Part shown: positions 61,930 through 64,000 of the stretch, piece after piece
Numbering within the stretch: the stretch's first letter is position 1
How the letters are laid out: every line of letters begins with the position of its first letter
Source: the human T2T-CHM13v2.0 reference genome, Homo sapiens
Assembly (NCBI RefSeq): GCF_009914755.1
Contig: NC_060926.1
Direction: 5' to 3' (one strand)
Length of the DNA: 64,000 nt
The notes under the pieces: model-generated
Seen by the model: the letters and a program-made list of their open reading frames with translations, nothing else
Told to the model about the DNA's origin: nothing
Databases searched by the model: none
Translations under genes and position numbers: made by a program

Positions 61930-62402
61930 TGTCTAAATTCTGGCAAGAAACAGATGGTGTGCTCAAACTCAATCATTTGAGAAAGACTTTGATAAAAGGA
62001 TTATTTACAAAGAAATGGCCAGGATGTAGAAAAACCTTAAGGGTTATTTCAAAATTTTCTGCCTAATTATCAAACTTAATCTGAGGGAGAAAGAGAAGGA
62101 AGTAGTAACCAGAAACAAAGTAGAAACAGCTCATGGACAGGGCGGCCTTAGCTGTGACCTTAAGTAGAGGAGGCAACTTAGCAAAAAGGAAATGGGGCAG
62201 AGGTGGGAGGTAGACACCCTAATACTTCTCTCTTGGCCCCCTCAGATCCCTTGGCTGTGCTCCTCTTTAGACAAACACAACCACAAGCCAAAGGCAAAGA
62301 TCGCATTGGTACCTTCTATAGAGTTTAGCCTCCAGGGACATGGCAGGCTGAAGACAGTGGAAAGTAGAAATGAAGGGTCAGAGGATATGTAGTTCCAGCA
62401 TA
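61930..62402 (-). mobile_element. Old ERVL/MaLR-class LTR (LTR67B-like)
   Basis: caagaaacagatggtgtgctcaaac...tttgataaaaggattatttacaaag; caaccacaagccaaaggcaaag...agcctccagggaca. Confidence 0.6.
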
Positions 62403-62539
62403 GGACTTCAATGAACTTGCTTCCACATATTTTCTTATGCTATTGTCTAGAATTTCTTTAAGGCAAATATCAAGAATATTGAACTTGTTTAGGTAACAGA
62501 ATTTGTACATATTCAACAATGCCAAATAATGAAAAATGG

Positions 62540-63305
62540 CTATTCACACCTAAAACCTGTGATCAAACTTAGTATCACTAGAATTGGGATAAACAGATAT
62601 TATGTTCCTTATGATGTAAGGCAATAGTAGGACGCCATACCATCTCTGAAGTATTCATGCCTAAAATGTTGAAACTGAACTGAAACAAGCTGCAAGATCT
62701 ATTAGTGCATAAGAATGCTGGGGGGCAGGGGAACAAGTTAAGTCATCATAAGAAAGCCTTCAGCCATATCAAAATGTGGGACATTCTGTATACAGGACAA
62801 ATGCCCAGTTTTTCCAACGTATCAAATACAAAGAGATAAAAAAGATGAAAAAGAGAAATCAGTTTTAAAACTCTAGGAGACATATGCACTGAATGAAATA
62901 TTTAGACTTTGGATTTAATTTAAACAAATCTACAACAACAACATTGTCAAATTTTTAAAAATATGGCCTTGGAACTATATAATAGTAACAAATGGCTATT
63001 CATTTTTGAGTGGGTCATAATGTCAGGGGTATGTATAAAAATGTCCATGTCAGTAAGACATGTATAGAAAAGAATTTCAGATAAAATAACAAAATGTGTT
63101 GGATTGTCTTTAAAATAATCCAGCAAATAAACAAACAAAAACTGAGGGGGGTGCATCAGAGGAGCAGTGGGAGTGGGTAGATGATATGATTTGGCAAAAT
63201 GTTGGTAACTGTTGAAGTTGAATAATGTGTACACGGAAGTTAATTATATTATTCTCTCTAATTTTGTGCGTATGAAAATGCCCATAATAAACATGCTAAA
63301 AGAAA
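62540..63305 (+). mobile_element. L1MC5/L1ME-like 3' end
   Basis: aaatgtgggacattctgta, ttggcaaaatgttggtaactgttgaagttg, ttatattattctctctaattttgtg...cataataaa. Confidence 0.7.
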
Positions 63306-63319
63306 AAATTATTTTGAAT

Positions 63320-64000
63320 GGCTTTTGACAATAACAAGGCCAATTGATTTTTACATTAGCAGAATATAAGGTTTCTCATTTTCCCACATCCACTCCATAC
63401 TTACTACCTGAAATTATATTTATTTTGGACAATAGGTATATGTTTAATATTAACTTATTTTTCTTAAAACTTTACTTTCTCTAGATAATACGTTTCAACG
63501 TTATTTATTTGCTGACACTAGATTTTCCTATATGTGAATTGTTTATATATTTTAATTCATTTTCTATTTGGTTAACATTTTCTTGATATCTAACTGCTTT
63601 GTGTATGTTTTGTGTATTGAATTCTCAGTTATATTCAACGAAAATATCTTCTCTCAGACTGGTACTTGCCTTGTTACATTATTAATGCTGTCATTCATGT
63701 ACCATTTTTAAAAACAATTATACATTGAATATTTTCTAAGAAAAAATATATTTTATATTCTTTTTCAGATGATTTACAGTTTTGTTTTTTGGGATTTCAT
63801 TTTACATAAGAATTGAAGTGGAAATTATTTTTTTTTGTTCTCAAATGAATAACCCATCATTAGTTTTACAGAAGCATCTATAAGTTCCCTACTGATAAGT
63901 AATACGACTTCTTCCATGTATAGATTTTCAAATCATGTGTGGGTCTGCTTTTAGACACTGTTCCATTGAAATATTTGTACATCTCTGCCATATGAATATA
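63320..64000 (-). mobile_element. Decayed old L1M ORF2 fragment running off the window
   Basis: ttcccacatccactccatactt, aaaatatcttctctcagact, tgtgtgggtctgcttttagacactgttccattga. Confidence 0.6.

Overview
This is AT-rich, CpG-poor, non-coding primate genomic DNA, probably a large intron or gene desert. An L1PA3-type element points to a hominoid such as human. I found no protein-coding exon, RNA gene, CpG island or CRISPR array that I can support. Long ORFs are broken L1 ORF1/ORF2 remnants, Alu read-throughs or chance frames. Recognisable repeats include two young L1PA insertions with TSDs, a near full-length internally deleted L1MC, four Alus, THE1/MST and ERVL solo LTRs, MIR/L2 relics and hAT MITEs. 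Subfamily names come from recalled consensus sequences, not a RepeatMasker run, and boundaries of old elements are approximate. I did not find a new biological system. The most notable signals are fossil DNA-repair and retrotransposition scars: (1) a 36-nt patchwork filler replacing 136 nt inside an L1PA6; (2) twin-priming inversion of that same L1; (3) an apparent inverted local copy of a neighbouring L1MC segment captured inside an MSTD LTR and later split by a THE1/MST LTR; (4) an in-frame endonuclease-to-RT deletion fusion in the L1MC.
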